A stretch of 64,000 nucleotides of DNA from Erythrobacter sp. (GCA_965249945.1 OZ252258.1:2563375-2627374), one strand, 5' to 3'; positions 48,304 through 57,886 are shown, counted from the stretch's first letter. Translations and numbers: made by a program. The notes: generated by a model from the sequence alone, not told the origin.

Positions 48304-48403
48304 ATTTGTGGCTCTTTCTGGGAGACTAGGCAGCGCGTAGAAGACGGACTCATCTTGCGAAATGGTGCCTGAACGTTACCGTGATGCAGACGGGAGAAAC
48401 TCG

Positions 48404-49897
48404 ATGCAGATCACACGCCAGGCACCGGTCAGGACCAGCCTTCAGCCAAGCAATCACCCCTATCTTTCGGGTCCCTGGACTCCGGTCCACGAAGAAGTCG
48501 ATGTCGACGAGCTTGAAGTGATCGAAGGCGCGATCCCAGACGATATTGACGGCGTCTATCTCCGCAACACCGAGAATCCGGTTCATCAGCCGCTCGGTCG
48601 CCATCACCCGTTTGATGGCGATGCCATGATCCACCAGGTCAGCATTTCGGGCGGCAAGGCTAGCTATCGCAATCGTTTCGTTCGCACACAGTGTTTTGAG
48701 GCTGAACAGATTGCCGGCCAGTCGCTGTGGGGCGGGCTGATGGACCCGGTTGGAACTTCCAAACGTCCGGGTTTTGGGGCGCATGGTGGCCTAAAGGACA
48801 CGGGCAGCACCGATATCATTGTCCATGCCGGCGTCGCGCTCGCCACGCTCTACCAATGCGGCGAAGCCTGGCAGATGGACCCGCTCACGCTCGAAAACCT
48901 TGGCAAAGCCCCCTGGGGGCCGCTCGATGGCATTTCAGCGCATCCCAAGGTTGATGAAGGCACGGGGGAGTTGATGTTCTTCAACTACTCCAAGCATCCA
49001 CCCTATATGCATTATGGGGTGGTCGATCGTTCGGGTAGGCTGGTGCGCTATGAGCCGATCCCGCTGCCTGGCCCTCGTCTGCCGCACGACATGGCGATCA
49101 CGCGCAATTTCTCGATCCTCAACGATATGCCGCTGTTCTGGGACAAGGATCTGCTCAAGCGTGATATCCATGCAGCCCGGCTGCATGACGGCGTGCCAAC
49201 CCGGTTTGCGCTGATCCCGCGTCATGGAACCGCAGCGGATATTCGCTGGTTCGAAGCCTCTCCCACCTACGTGCTGCATTGGACAAATGCCTGGGAAGAA
49301 GGCGATGAGGTCATCCTCGAAGGCTATTATCAGGACAAGCCGATGCCCGATCCGATTGAGGAAGCGGGCGAATACAGCCACATGATGGCCTATGTTGACG
49401 AACACAGTTTCCAATGCCGTCTGCACCGTTGGCGCTTCAATCTGAAGACCGGCGAGACCGTGGAGGAGCGGCTGTCTGACCGGATCGTCGAATTCGGCAT
49501 GATCAATCCGGCCTATCTGATGGAGAAAAGCCGTTACGTCTGGTCGACCACCACCAAGCCGGGTTGGTTCTTGTTCAATGGCTATTGCCGACATGACACC
49601 ACGACCGGTGAAGAACAGCTCTATCAGCTGCCGGAGGGGGTATTCGCAAGCGAGAGTCCGATGGTACCGAGGAAGGGCGCGACAGCCGAGGATGACGGCT
49701 ATCTGGTGACCTTCCTGATCGATGAGAATACAGGCACGTCTGAACTTGCGATCCTGGATGCCAGTGATGTCACCAAGGGCCCGATCTGCCGCGCGCGCCT
49801 GCCACACAAGATTTCCAGCGGAGTGCATTGCACTTGGGTTGAGCACGCACAGCTCAAGGCGGATGCCGAATTCAAGCGCGGATTGATCGCCGCATAA
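48404..49897 (+). CDS. carotenoid/apocarotenoid cleavage oxygenase family protein
   Basis: About 497 aa from MQITRQ, with GGGAGA SD-like sequence upstream. The family pattern is present (NHPYLSGPWTPV.EE, YLRNTENP, HPFDGDAMIH, HDMAITRN, HWTNAWEE). Confidence 0.85.
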   Translation: MQITRQAPVRTSLQPSNHPYLSGPWTPVHEEVDVDELEVIEGAIPDDIDGVYLRNTENPVHQPLGRHHPFDGDAMIHQVSISGGKASYRNRFVRTQCFEAEQIAGQSLWGGLMDPVGTSKRPGFGAHGGLKDTGSTDIIVHAGVALATLYQCGEAWQMDPLTLENLGKAPWGPLDGISAHPKVDEGTGELMFFNYSKHPPYMHYGVVDRSGRLVRYEPIPLPGPRLPHDMAITRNFSILNDMPLFWDKDLLKRDIHAARLHDGVPTRFALIPRHGTAADIRWFEASPTYVLHWTNAWEEGDEVILEGYYQDKPMPDPIEEAGEYSHMMAYVDEHSFQCRLHRWRFNLKTGETVEERLSDRIVEFGMINPAYLMEKSRYVWSTTTKPGWFLFNGYCRHDTTTGEEQLYQLPEGVFASESPMVPRKGATAEDDGYLVTFLIDENTGTSELAILDASDVTKGPICRARLPHKISSGVHCTWVEHAQLKADAEFKRGLIAA

Positions 49898-50000
49898 CAA
49901 TTCTTGCCGAAAAAGGTTTTTCAAACCGTCCTGCAACCTATATCCGCGCCAAGCATTGGTTTCACAACGGACAAACACCCCAAGCAGAGAGGGACTATCC

Positions 50001-50606
50001 ATGGCTTTCACACTGATCGATCTGCCCTATGCAGACCTTGCCCCGGCTATCTCGGCAGAGACCCTGTCGTTCCACCACGGCAAGCATCACCAGACCTATA
50101 TCGATAAAATGAACGCAGCGATTGATGGCACTGCCCACGCTGACGCGGCGCTTGAAGCGGTGGTCGCTGACGCTCGCGGCTCCAACCAGGGCCTGTTCAA
50201 CAACGCTGCGCAGACTTGGAACCACGGCTTCTACTGGCTCTCGCTCAGCAATGATGGCGGCGCCCCATCGGCTGACCTCGCGGCAAAGATTGACGAAGCA
50301 TTCGGCTCGATGGATGAGCTCAAGACTCAACTCAAAGCGCGCGGCGCCGGTCACTTCGCCAGTGGCTGGGTATGGCTCGCCGAAAAGGGCGGCGCGCTCT
50401 CGATCGAAGAAACCCACGATGGCGACACTCTGGCCGATCAGGGCTTCAACCCGCTGCTCGTAATCGATGTGTGGGAGCACGCCTATTACATCGACCACCA
50501 GAACAAACGCCCAGCCTATCTTGACGCGGTGGTCGACGGAAAGCTCAACTGGGCTTTCGCCAGCGAGAATCTCGCGCGGGGCACAGCCTGGGTCTATCCC
50601 AAGTAA
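50001..50606 (+). CDS. sodB: iron superoxide dismutase
   Basis: 201 aa. HHGKHHQTY, FNNAAQTWNHGFYW (Fe-type) and DVWEHAYY. Confidence 0.95.
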   Translation: MAFTLIDLPYADLAPAISAETLSFHHGKHHQTYIDKMNAAIDGTAHADAALEAVVADARGSNQGLFNNAAQTWNHGFYWLSLSNDGGAPSADLAAKIDEAFGSMDELKTQLKARGAGHFASGWVWLAEKGGALSIEETHDGDTLADQGFNPLLVIDVWEHAYYIDHQNKRPAYLDAVVDGKLNWAFASENLARGTAWVYPK

Positions 50607-50633
50607 GACCAGCGGGTCATCACAGCTTTCAGG

Positions 50634-50670
50634 AGAGCCGGTTCGCGCAATGCGGGCCGGCTCTTTCCTA
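50634..50670 (+). terminator. Rho-independent terminator of sodB
   Basis: AGAGCCGG-N15-CCGGCTCT hairpin followed by TTCCTATT, 28 nt after the stop. Confidence 0.6.
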
Positions 50671-50750
50671 TTGGAGCCACGAAGTTTTGAATGGGGCATG
50701 ATTTGCTCTCGCTCCCGCCTCGCACTAGGCTCAGCGCGGGAGGGAACATC

Positions 50751-52487
50751 ATGAAGATCTTGAACTGGCTTTTGCCTGCTGCACTGCTTGGCTGCGCGAC
50801 ATCCGCCCAAGCCGAAAGTGAGGCAGTCGAGCCGCCCTACCCTTCGATTACGATCTTCGAGGCCAAGACCATTGTGACGATGGAGCCTGGCCTGCCCGAA
50901 GCCAGATATGTCGCCACGGCGGATGGCATCATCCTGGGTATTGCCGATACGTTGGATGATCTCTCCGCTTGGACAAAGGATCGCGAGGTCGAGATCGACC
51001 GTCGGTTTGCCGAGAACATCCTGATGCCGGGCTTTATCGAGCCACACATCCACCCAATGCAGACGATCATGATGCTGGGCATACCCTTCATCAGCCCCGA
51101 AGCGTGGGAGCTCCCGGGCAAGTCCTACCCCGCGGTCGTTGGAGAGGCTGCCTACGAAGCTCGGCTGAGCGAGGTACTCGCTGACAGCAGCGAAGAGCTG
51201 TTCATCACTTGGGGGCATCATCGGCTGTTCCATGGCGACATGACGAAGGCCAAGCTCGATGCTATCGCGCCCGACCGCCCTGTGGTGATCTGGCAGCGCA
51301 GCTTTCACGAGATTATCGCCAACACCAAAGCTCTGGAACTGCTCGGGATCGGTGACGAGCAGGCCTTCGTCGCTGAGTTCGACAAGCCAGGCATCGATCC
51401 AACCCATGCCGACTTCGCGAGCGGGATTATCCACGAAACGGCCCTGTTCCGTGGGGTCGAGAAGCTGCGCCCCTATCTTTTCCCGCCCAGCAAGGTGCAG
51501 CAAGGCCTGATCGAGATGCGCCAGATGATGCTTGAGAATGGCGTAACGACCAGCGCTGATCTGGCGTTTGGTGGTTTCGGCGGGATTGCGCTCGAGGCGC
51601 CGCTGTTCAAGAGCCTCTACGACTTGCCTTCAACCCCTTCGCGAATTCTCGCGATCCCGGTGGCGCCGCTGGTGGCTGACGAACCTGCCGGCTGGTTGGC
51701 CGAGACCAAAGCGCAATACGACAGCGACAAGTTCTTTTTCTCGGATCGCGTCAAGCTGTTCGCGGATGGCGCCTTCTTCGCGCAGTACATGCAGATGAAC
51801 GCGCCAGGCTATAGCGATGGCCACGAGGGCAAGTGGATCACCGAACCAGAAATCCAGGCCCAGCAAGCCAAGCGTTTCTGGGAAGCGGGCTGGAACCTCC
51901 ACATCCACGTCAATGGCGATAAGGGCCTTGATGTCGTGCTCGGCATTATCGAGGGACTGCAACCACGCCGGGGCCAGGATATTGTGCTCGAACATCTCGG
52001 CTATTCAACCGAGGCCCAAAACCGCCGGATCGCCGGGCTTGGGCTTAAGGTATCGGCCCAACCCAATTACATTCGGGTGCTGGGCGACGTCTATGCCGAG
52101 ACCGGACTTGGTCCGGACCGCGCCGCGCAAATGAGCAGGCTTGGTTCGCTTGAGCGCAAGGAAGTCCCGCTCGGGCTGCATAGCGACTTCAACATGGCTC
52201 CGATCGATCCGCTGTACCTCGCCTGGGTCGCCAGCAACCGCGAAACGCTGCGGGGCAATGTTAAAGCCCCCGAAGAACGGCTGAGCCTCGACAAGGCCTT
52301 GCGCGCCATCACTATCGAAGCGGCACAAGTGATTGGAATGGACCATCTGGTTGGCAGCATAGCCTCGGGCAAGAAGGCCGATTTCGTCGTGCTCGACCGC
52401 GATCCACGCGTTGACGGAGCAGCAGCCTTGCAAGAAGTCGAAGTGCTTGGCGTTGTGTTTGAAGGCGAGTGGTTCTCGGCCAACTGA
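50751..52487 (+). CDS. amidohydrolase-3 family metal-dependent hydrolase, lipoprotein
   Basis: 578 aa from MKILNWLLPAALLGC (lipobox), with GGGAGGGA SD-like sequence upstream. GFIEPHIHP metal motif, HVNGD, HLG and HSD. Confidence 0.8.
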   Translation: MKILNWLLPAALLGCATSAQAESEAVEPPYPSITIFEAKTIVTMEPGLPEARYVATADGIILGIADTLDDLSAWTKDREVEIDRRFAENILMPGFIEPHIHPMQTIMMLGIPFISPEAWELPGKSYPAVVGEAAYEARLSEVLADSSEELFITWGHHRLFHGDMTKAKLDAIAPDRPVVIWQRSFHEIIANTKALELLGIGDEQAFVAEFDKPGIDPTHADFASGIIHETALFRGVEKLRPYLFPPSKVQQGLIEMRQMMLENGVTTSADLAFGGFGGIALEAPLFKSLYDLPSTPSRILAIPVAPLVADEPAGWLAETKAQYDSDKFFFSDRVKLFADGAFFAQYMQMNAPGYSDGHEGKWITEPEIQAQQAKRFWEAGWNLHIHVNGDKGLDVVLGIIEGLQPRRGQDIVLEHLGYSTEAQNRRIAGLGLKVSAQPNYIRVLGDVYAETGLGPDRAAQMSRLGSLERKEVPLGLHSDFNMAPIDPLYLAWVASNRETLRGNVKAPEERLSLDKALRAITIEAAQVIGMDHLVGSIASGKKADFVVLDRDPRVDGAAALQEVEVLGVVFEGEWFSAN

Positions 52488-52554
52488 CTGCGCAATTACC
52501 ATTTGTTAGGAAATTCGCAGCACCCTCGATCGCCTTGGAAGCGATACCGCAACA

Positions 52555-52779
52555 ATGTTAAACATCGAGAGGGCTATTCACGTGTCTATGACCACACTGG
52601 GCATACTGTTCGCAGCCATCGCATTGATCATCATCTCCGTGGCATTTGGCGCCAATTTCGTCGCCGGTGGCGGCGGAATCGTTCTGGTGGTTGGCCTAAT
52701 CTACTCCTTCGTCGTCACCAAGCGTGAGATCGAGCGTGGCGATCTGGCCGCCGCTGACATCGTTCAGCCCGCCGACTAA
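52555..52779 (+). CDS. hypothetical small membrane protein
   Basis: Two TM helices (LGILFAAIALIIISVAF, GGGGIVLVVGLIYSFVV). The likelier start is GTG at 52582, 8 nt after GAGAGGG. Confidence 0.4.
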   Translation: MLNIERAIHVSMTTLGILFAAIALIIISVAFGANFVAGGGGIVLVVGLIYSFVVTKREIERGDLAAADIVQPAD

Positions 52780-52785
52780 CCACTC

Positions 52786-54015
52786 TCAAGCGGGATAGGC
52801 CTGCGCGAGCGTTTCCAACGCAGCGGTCACCACTTGCGTGTCATCCTGCTCAGCCAGCTCAAACGCCGCTGATCCGCCGTTGAGCGCGACCAGAACCGGC
52901 GCGTCAATGTAGCGCCCCAGGTTGAACCAGATGTTGAACTGACCGCGGGGCAGCCCGTTCTCGGGGGTTCCGATCCAGGTCGAATCCTGGTCCCAGAACA
53001 CCTCTTCAAAATGCAGATAGACCTTGTCGAGCAGGCCCATGCCGAGCCGCTCAATCGCTTCCCGCTTGGGCTGCGGCAGCGGCGGATCGAAGGCGATCAT
53101 ATCAACCTTGAGCACGCCGAGCGGCACCGTGACAACGACTGCATCGCATTCGGCTTCCGACCCATCAGCGAAGCTCAGCGCGATGTTCGACCCACCAGAG
53201 CGCACCGACTGGAGCTTGCGCGAAAGCTCGGTCGAGTAGTCACCCATCAGAGCTTCGAATAGGCCGTCATAACCTTGGTCGAAGCTGACATCGTGTCCTT
53301 TATAGCCATCGGTGTCATTGAACCCGGCAGGAGCGATCCAGTCCTTGTCCGCGCCGTACGCGACCTGGATTTCCCCTTCATCGAAAAGCCATCCGGGGAT
53401 GCTCAGCCAGCCCTTTTCGCGGCCGTCGCTCCCGCGCACACTGGTGTCATCCGATGTTTCACTGAGCTTCAGCCCGAGCTGGTCAGACAATTCTTTGAGC
53501 GGATTGCCTTTGACTCCATGAATCCAGGCCGCGCCCATATCAGCCGGGAAACCAAGGTCGCGATTGGTCCAGACCCGTCCACCAATCCGGTCACGCGCTT
53601 CGTAAACGGTTACCTCACGACCAGCTTGAGCGAGCTTTTGCGCGACCGCCAAACCCGCCGCACCCGCACCGATCACAGCGATTCTGCGCGCGCGCGTATT
53701 GGCCACATCCTCTGCTGCCAAAAGTCCCGATTCATAGGCGGCATGAACCGTGCTGTTGTAGCTTGGGTGGGTCGCCTCTCCAGCGAAGAACAGCCTGTCT
53801 TCGACCGGGCGCCGCAGCTCTTTGATATCCGCACGGCTCGCGCCCTTGGCGAGGAAGGAATAGGAACCGAAACTGTGCGGATCCTTGCTCCAATTGGTGC
53901 GCAGATAGCCCAAGAGGTTTTGCCCGGCCTTGGCCTCGCCCTGCCACGGTGTGCATCCCAGCATGGCTCCTGCCACTCCGGCGCATACTCCCGTCATGAC
54001 CAATCTCCGATCCAC
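52786..54015 (-). CDS. flavin-containing amine oxidase, apparently circularly permuted, with twin-arginine/lipobox-like leader
   Basis: 409 aa. GTG start 5 nt after GAGGAG. The C-terminal-type module WSKDPHSFGSYSF...RLFFAGEAT...VHAAYESG (aa 38-104) precedes the N-terminal-type RIAVIGAGAAGLAVA...VTVYEARDRIGGRVWT (aa 111-150). Confidence 0.8.
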   Translation of the reverse strand: MDRRLVMTGVCAGVAGAMLGCTPWQGEAKAGQNLLGYLRTNWSKDPHSFGSYSFLAKGASRADIKELRRPVEDRLFFAGEATHPSYNSTVHAAYESGLLAAEDVANTRARRIAVIGAGAAGLAVAQKLAQAGREVTVYEARDRIGGRVWTNRDLGFPADMGAAWIHGVKGNPLKELSDQLGLKLSETSDDTSVRGSDGREKGWLSIPGWLFDEGEIQVAYGADKDWIAPAGFNDTDGYKGHDVSFDQGYDGLFEALMGDYSTELSRKLQSVRSGGSNIALSFADGSEAECDAVVVTVPLGVLKVDMIAFDPPLPQPKREAIERLGMGLLDKVYLHFEEVFWDQDSTWIGTPENGLPRGQFNIWFNLGRYIDAPVLVALNGGSAAFELAEQDDTQVVTAALETLAQAYPA

Positions 54016-54027
54016 TGGCGCTCCTCT

Positions 54028-55644
54028 TTATCCTGCCATCTCATAATAGGTCGGCGAGCCCGGGCCAACCGGGATCCCCAGCACGAAGGTCCAGAGATAG
54101 AAGAAGATCGACCAGAAGAAGATGAAGAACATCGAATAGGGCAGCATCATCGCGATCATCGTCCCCACCCCAAGGTTACGGACATAGCGCGTCGCCCAGG
54201 CCAAAATCAGCCCGAAATAGCTCATCATCGGGGTGATGATATTGGTGGTGCTATCGCCGATCCGATAGGCTGCCTGAATCGCCTCAGGGGCATAGCCGAT
54301 CAGCATGAGCATCGGCACAAAGATCGGCGCGGTTACCGCCCATTGCGCGCTGGCAGAGCCAAGCGAGAGGTTGATCACGGCGCAGATCAGAATGAAGAAG
54401 AAGAACACAATTGGCCCGGTCATCCCGCTCTCGACCAGGAAATTGGCGCCCGTCACGGCAGTGATCGCGCCAAGATTGGTCCAGCCGAAGAAGGCGACGA
54501 ATTGGGCCGCAAAGAACACCAGCACGATATAGAGGCCAAGCGAGGCCAAGGCCGCCGCCATCGCGTCGATAATGTCACGATCGGTTTTCATCGTGCCGAC
54601 CGCCCGGCCATAGGCATAGCCCAAAGCGACAAAGAAGATCAGAATCCAGACCACAAAGCCGTCGAAGAAAGGACTGTCGATCCGGTCACCATTGTCGGGA
54701 TTGCGCAGCACGCCCCATTCGGAAACCAGCGTGAGTGCCATCAGGCCGAGCACGCCCAGCAAAGCGAAGCCGGCCCAACGCAGGCCCTTGTATTCGTCGT
54801 CGCTGACTTGCTCCATCATCCGGTCATCAAGGATCGTCTCATCCGCGCCGGAAGGATCGTATTCGCCGAGCTTGGGCTCAACGATGTAGATCGTGACCAG
54901 CGAGCCTATGATCGTGATCAGGAAGGTCGAAGCGAACATGAAATACCAATTGGCGGTCGCCACCACAGTGTAATCGGGATCGATCAGGCGCGCGGCTTCC
55001 TGGGTGATCCCGGCGAGCAGAGGATCGATCGTACCGATCAGCAGATTGGCGCTATAGCCGCCCGAGACCCCGGCAAAGGCCGCCGCCATCCCGGCCAGCG
55101 GATGCCGACCGAGGGCGTAGAAGATCGCTCCCGCCAATGGGATCAGCACGACATAGCCAACCTCTGACGCTGTATTGGACACGATACCGGCAAACACGAT
55201 CGCGACCGTGACCAGATTCTTGGGCGCTCCCAGCACCATCGCTCGGACCGCAGCGGACAGCAGGCCCGATTTCTCGGCCACGCCGACCCCCAGCATCGCC
55301 ACCAACACCACGCCGAGTGGGGCAAAGCCGGTAAAATTGGTGACGAGATTGGTGAAGATCCGCCGGATCCCATCGCCATCCAGCAGGCTGACCGCGCGGA
55401 TCATCCCGTCCGCTGCGACGCCATTGGCCCCTGCCGGGCGAGGGTCCTCGACCGCCACGCCTAGCCAGCCGAGCAGGCCCGACAGCAGCACAATTCCGAA
55501 CGCCAGGACCGCAAAAAGAGTGACCGGATGCGGCAGCAGATTGCCCAACCATTCGACCCCGTCGAGGAAACGCGTGAAGGCATTGCGCTTCGCAGGCTCA
55601 GAGCCCGTAGCTTGAGGTTCAGCCGTGGTCTGGCTGTCCGCCAT
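54028..55644 (-). CDS. abgT: AbgT family transporter (p-aminobenzoyl-glutamate transporter-like)
   Basis: 538 aa, polytopic. The N-terminal FTRFLDGVEWLGNLLPHPVTLF and overall AbgT pattern are present. Confidence 0.9.
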   Translation of the reverse strand: MADSQTTAEPQATGSEPAKRNAFTRFLDGVEWLGNLLPHPVTLFAVLAFGIVLLSGLLGWLGVAVEDPRPAGANGVAADGMIRAVSLLDGDGIRRIFTNLVTNFTGFAPLGVVLVAMLGVGVAEKSGLLSAAVRAMVLGAPKNLVTVAIVFAGIVSNTASEVGYVVLIPLAGAIFYALGRHPLAGMAAAFAGVSGGYSANLLIGTIDPLLAGITQEAARLIDPDYTVVATANWYFMFASTFLITIIGSLVTIYIVEPKLGEYDPSGADETILDDRMMEQVSDDEYKGLRWAGFALLGVLGLMALTLVSEWGVLRNPDNGDRIDSPFFDGFVVWILIFFVALGYAYGRAVGTMKTDRDIIDAMAAALASLGLYIVLVFFAAQFVAFFGWTNLGAITAVTGANFLVESGMTGPIVFFFFILICAVINLSLGSASAQWAVTAPIFVPMLMLIGYAPEAIQAAYRIGDSTTNIITPMMSYFGLILAWATRYVRNLGVGTMIAMMLPYSMFFIFFWSIFFYLWTFVLGIPVGPGSPTYYEMAG

Positions 55645-55782
55645 AAATCATCTCCAATTGCGTGATGGTCCGTTCCTTACATAAACCAAGCTGAACGCAA
55701 ACATGTTCCCTCACCGCGCTTGCCGAGTGTATTTGGTGGAACACCCAGCGGCGAAATAAAAACTGTGACCTTCCGCATCGTC

Positions 55783-56244
55783 TCACCCCCGCCGTTCGAT
55801 CGCATCGAGCCGGCTGAGCAGCGTCAAAAGCGCCGAATTGTCAGGTTTTTGCGATACTCCGAGGTAACGCCCCTGGCGAAGGATGACCCGCCAGATTCCG
55901 GTCTCTGCGCGCCATTCCAGCTGCTTGAGTGTGACCTTCCGCGAAGGCCTCAGCGCCATGCGCGCGGTATCCTCGGCAGCCAATCGGCCCATCGCCACGT
56001 CCCAGGCTGCGCCAAAGCCCTCTGAACCGGGGCGGCTCCGCAAGCGATAGGCGGTCTCGCGAGCCATAGAGACCGCTTTGGCGGCTGCAGAGACCGAGCG
56101 TGTCTGCGCGAGATGGCCGATGAATTCTGCCCGGCGCAGCGGGCTCCAGCCATCTTCTCGGATCCGGACCGGCACCGCATGGAACGGTGGAATGCGCTTG
56201 GGTTGTGGGCGTGGCTTGGACGGGAGCGAGAAATAGTTCTTCAT
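55783..56244 (-). CDS. hypothetical HTH-containing protein
   Basis: 153 aa. WSPLRRAEFIGHLAQTRSVSAAAKAVSMARETAYRLRSR is a LysR/terminase-small-subunit-like HTH. There is no effector domain. Confidence 0.5.
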   Translation of the reverse strand: MKNYFSLPSKPRPQPKRIPPFHAVPVRIREDGWSPLRRAEFIGHLAQTRSVSAAAKAVSMARETAYRLRSRPGSEGFGAAWDVAMGRLAAEDTARMALRPSRKVTLKQLEWRAETGIWRVILRQGRYLGVSQKPDNSALLTLLSRLDAIERRG

Positions 56245-56308
56245 CCGTCAAGCTAAGCCAGACGAGGGCCAAGTAGGAAAGCGTGTTAGCCCGCAGGATG
56301 AATCTGAT

Positions 56309-57853
56309 CTAGTCGCAGCGCGTGAAGCTCACCCCATTGAGCTCAAACCCGATCACAGCATCGCCCTCGATCAGGAACTGCCCGACTTGGCCTCGACCGG
56401 GGATCAGCTCCAGACGAATGCTGTCTGGCTGTGTGTATGCTTGAGCCTTGGCTACCAGCGCGCCCATTTGCACAGCAAGCCCCTCACCTTGCTCGACGAT
56501 ACGGAGCGTGCCCCTCAGCGGATCGGCATAGCAACCGGCATAGGCAGCATTGGGCAGCGACATGTCCCAAGCCCGCTCTGCCTGCAGGGCGATTCTCGCC
56601 GACATCCCGCTCCGCTCGGCTTCGAGCCGCGATTGCAGCTGGGCAAGTCGCTCTCGCCCTTCACCCCAAGCGTATTCTGAACCGCGCGTTTGCCAATCAT
56701 AGACAAAGCCAGCCAGAATATGCGGCGCGAGCGCGCCCACGCCGTTCTCATTGGTCATCGCTGCCACGGCGAGATCCTGTTTCGGCATGAACGAGCTGTG
56801 CGCCATCGCGCCGACGAAGGAGCCAAAGGCGTGATGCAGCACCTCTCCATTGTAGTCGCCCGAATACCAGCCGAGCCCATAGGCCTTACGCTCAAACGGG
56901 CCAAAGCTGCTGCCGAGCGCCGCCACTGAGGTCTGAGCCAGTCGGATAGCGCGCAGAAGCGGGTTTGACGGAGTCTTTCGAGCCGCGCTGAGCTGGGCTC
57001 GCAGCCATAGCCCCATATCGTCGGTATTAGCGTACATTCCACCGGCCGATTGCATCGTCTGGTCGCGCTTGATCAGATAGAGCCGTTCGGCCCCGGCAAA
57101 GTGATTGCCATTGTAGGGATAGGCAAAGGGATGGATTTCGCGCGCCTGTTCCAGTCCTTGGGTCAGCGAGGCCGTCATGCTCAGCGGAGCGAGAAGCTCG
57201 GCATCGACCAGATCCTGCCAGCGCCGGCCTAGCCGCCGCTCAATCAAAATGGTCGCAATATTGTAGCCGAGATTGCCATATCGAAACGTGCCGAGCGGCG
57301 CCTGCGGATTGGGCTCCAGCGCGGCCAGCAAGGCCCAGAGGGTGTCAGGATCATGCTCGCCGCTATAGGCCAGGCGATATTCGATGTGTCCGCTGGACAG
57401 GCCGTGAGTGTGCGACAGCAAGTGCCGCAGCGTGACCTGGTCGGCCTTCAGACCTGGCGCGAAGTCGATATCGTCAGCTAGCTCGGCCAAAGTCCAGTCG
57501 AGGTCAATTTCGCCCTGCTCAGCCAGCAGCGCGAATGCCGTCCCGACGAAGGTCTTGGTGGCCGAGGCGATGTACCAGCGGGTTTCATCACTCGCCGGAA
57601 CCTCGGACTCGCGCTCGGCAAATCCCCAATGCAGTGTCGCAATCACCTGGTCTTCGCACAGCACAACCGCCGACAGGCCCGGCAGGTTTGGCGCTGCCGC
57701 CCGAAGCTCTTCGGCGAAGGCGCCTATTTCTTGCGCCAACACTTCGTCGCCGACCTGCTCAACCATAGCGCCATCCACTTGCATCTTCGCCGAGGCCGGA
57801 ACCACTCCAGTTCCAAGCAAAAGCAACAGGGCCGATCCGATAATCGCGCGCAT
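56309..57853 (-). CDS. serine hydrolase (beta-lactamase/class C, DD-peptidase family) with C-terminal extra domain
   Basis: 514 aa. Signal peptide, SxxK motif IASATKTF, and YGNLGYN (YxN). Confidence 0.85.
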   Translation of the reverse strand: MRAIIGSALLLLLGTGVVPASAKMQVDGAMVEQVGDEVLAQEIGAFAEELRAAAPNLPGLSAVVLCEDQVIATLHWGFAERESEVPASDETRWYIASATKTFVGTAFALLAEQGEIDLDWTLAELADDIDFAPGLKADQVTLRHLLSHTHGLSSGHIEYRLAYSGEHDPDTLWALLAALEPNPQAPLGTFRYGNLGYNIATILIERRLGRRWQDLVDAELLAPLSMTASLTQGLEQAREIHPFAYPYNGNHFAGAERLYLIKRDQTMQSAGGMYANTDDMGLWLRAQLSAARKTPSNPLLRAIRLAQTSVAALGSSFGPFERKAYGLGWYSGDYNGEVLHHAFGSFVGAMAHSSFMPKQDLAVAAMTNENGVGALAPHILAGFVYDWQTRGSEYAWGEGRERLAQLQSRLEAERSGMSARIALQAERAWDMSLPNAAYAGCYADPLRGTLRIVEQGEGLAVQMGALVAKAQAYTQPDSIRLELIPGRGQVGQFLIEGDAVIGFELNGVSFTRCD

Positions 57854-57886
57854 TCCATGCTCCCATCATTACGATTGGAGCCAAGA

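Noticed and set aside
48935-51503. 358-aa and 502-aa minus-strand ORFs
   Set aside because: They are antisense to the carotenoid oxygenase, sodB and the amidohydrolase. Neither has an SD or family resemblance. These are shadow ORFs.
53275-55167. 630-aa plus-strand ORF, the longest unassigned ORF in the window
   Set aside because: It runs antisense to abgT and the amine oxidase, both of which have unmistakable family signatures. Its product is Arg/His/Asp/Gly-rich low complexity, typical of high-GC antisense shadow frames.
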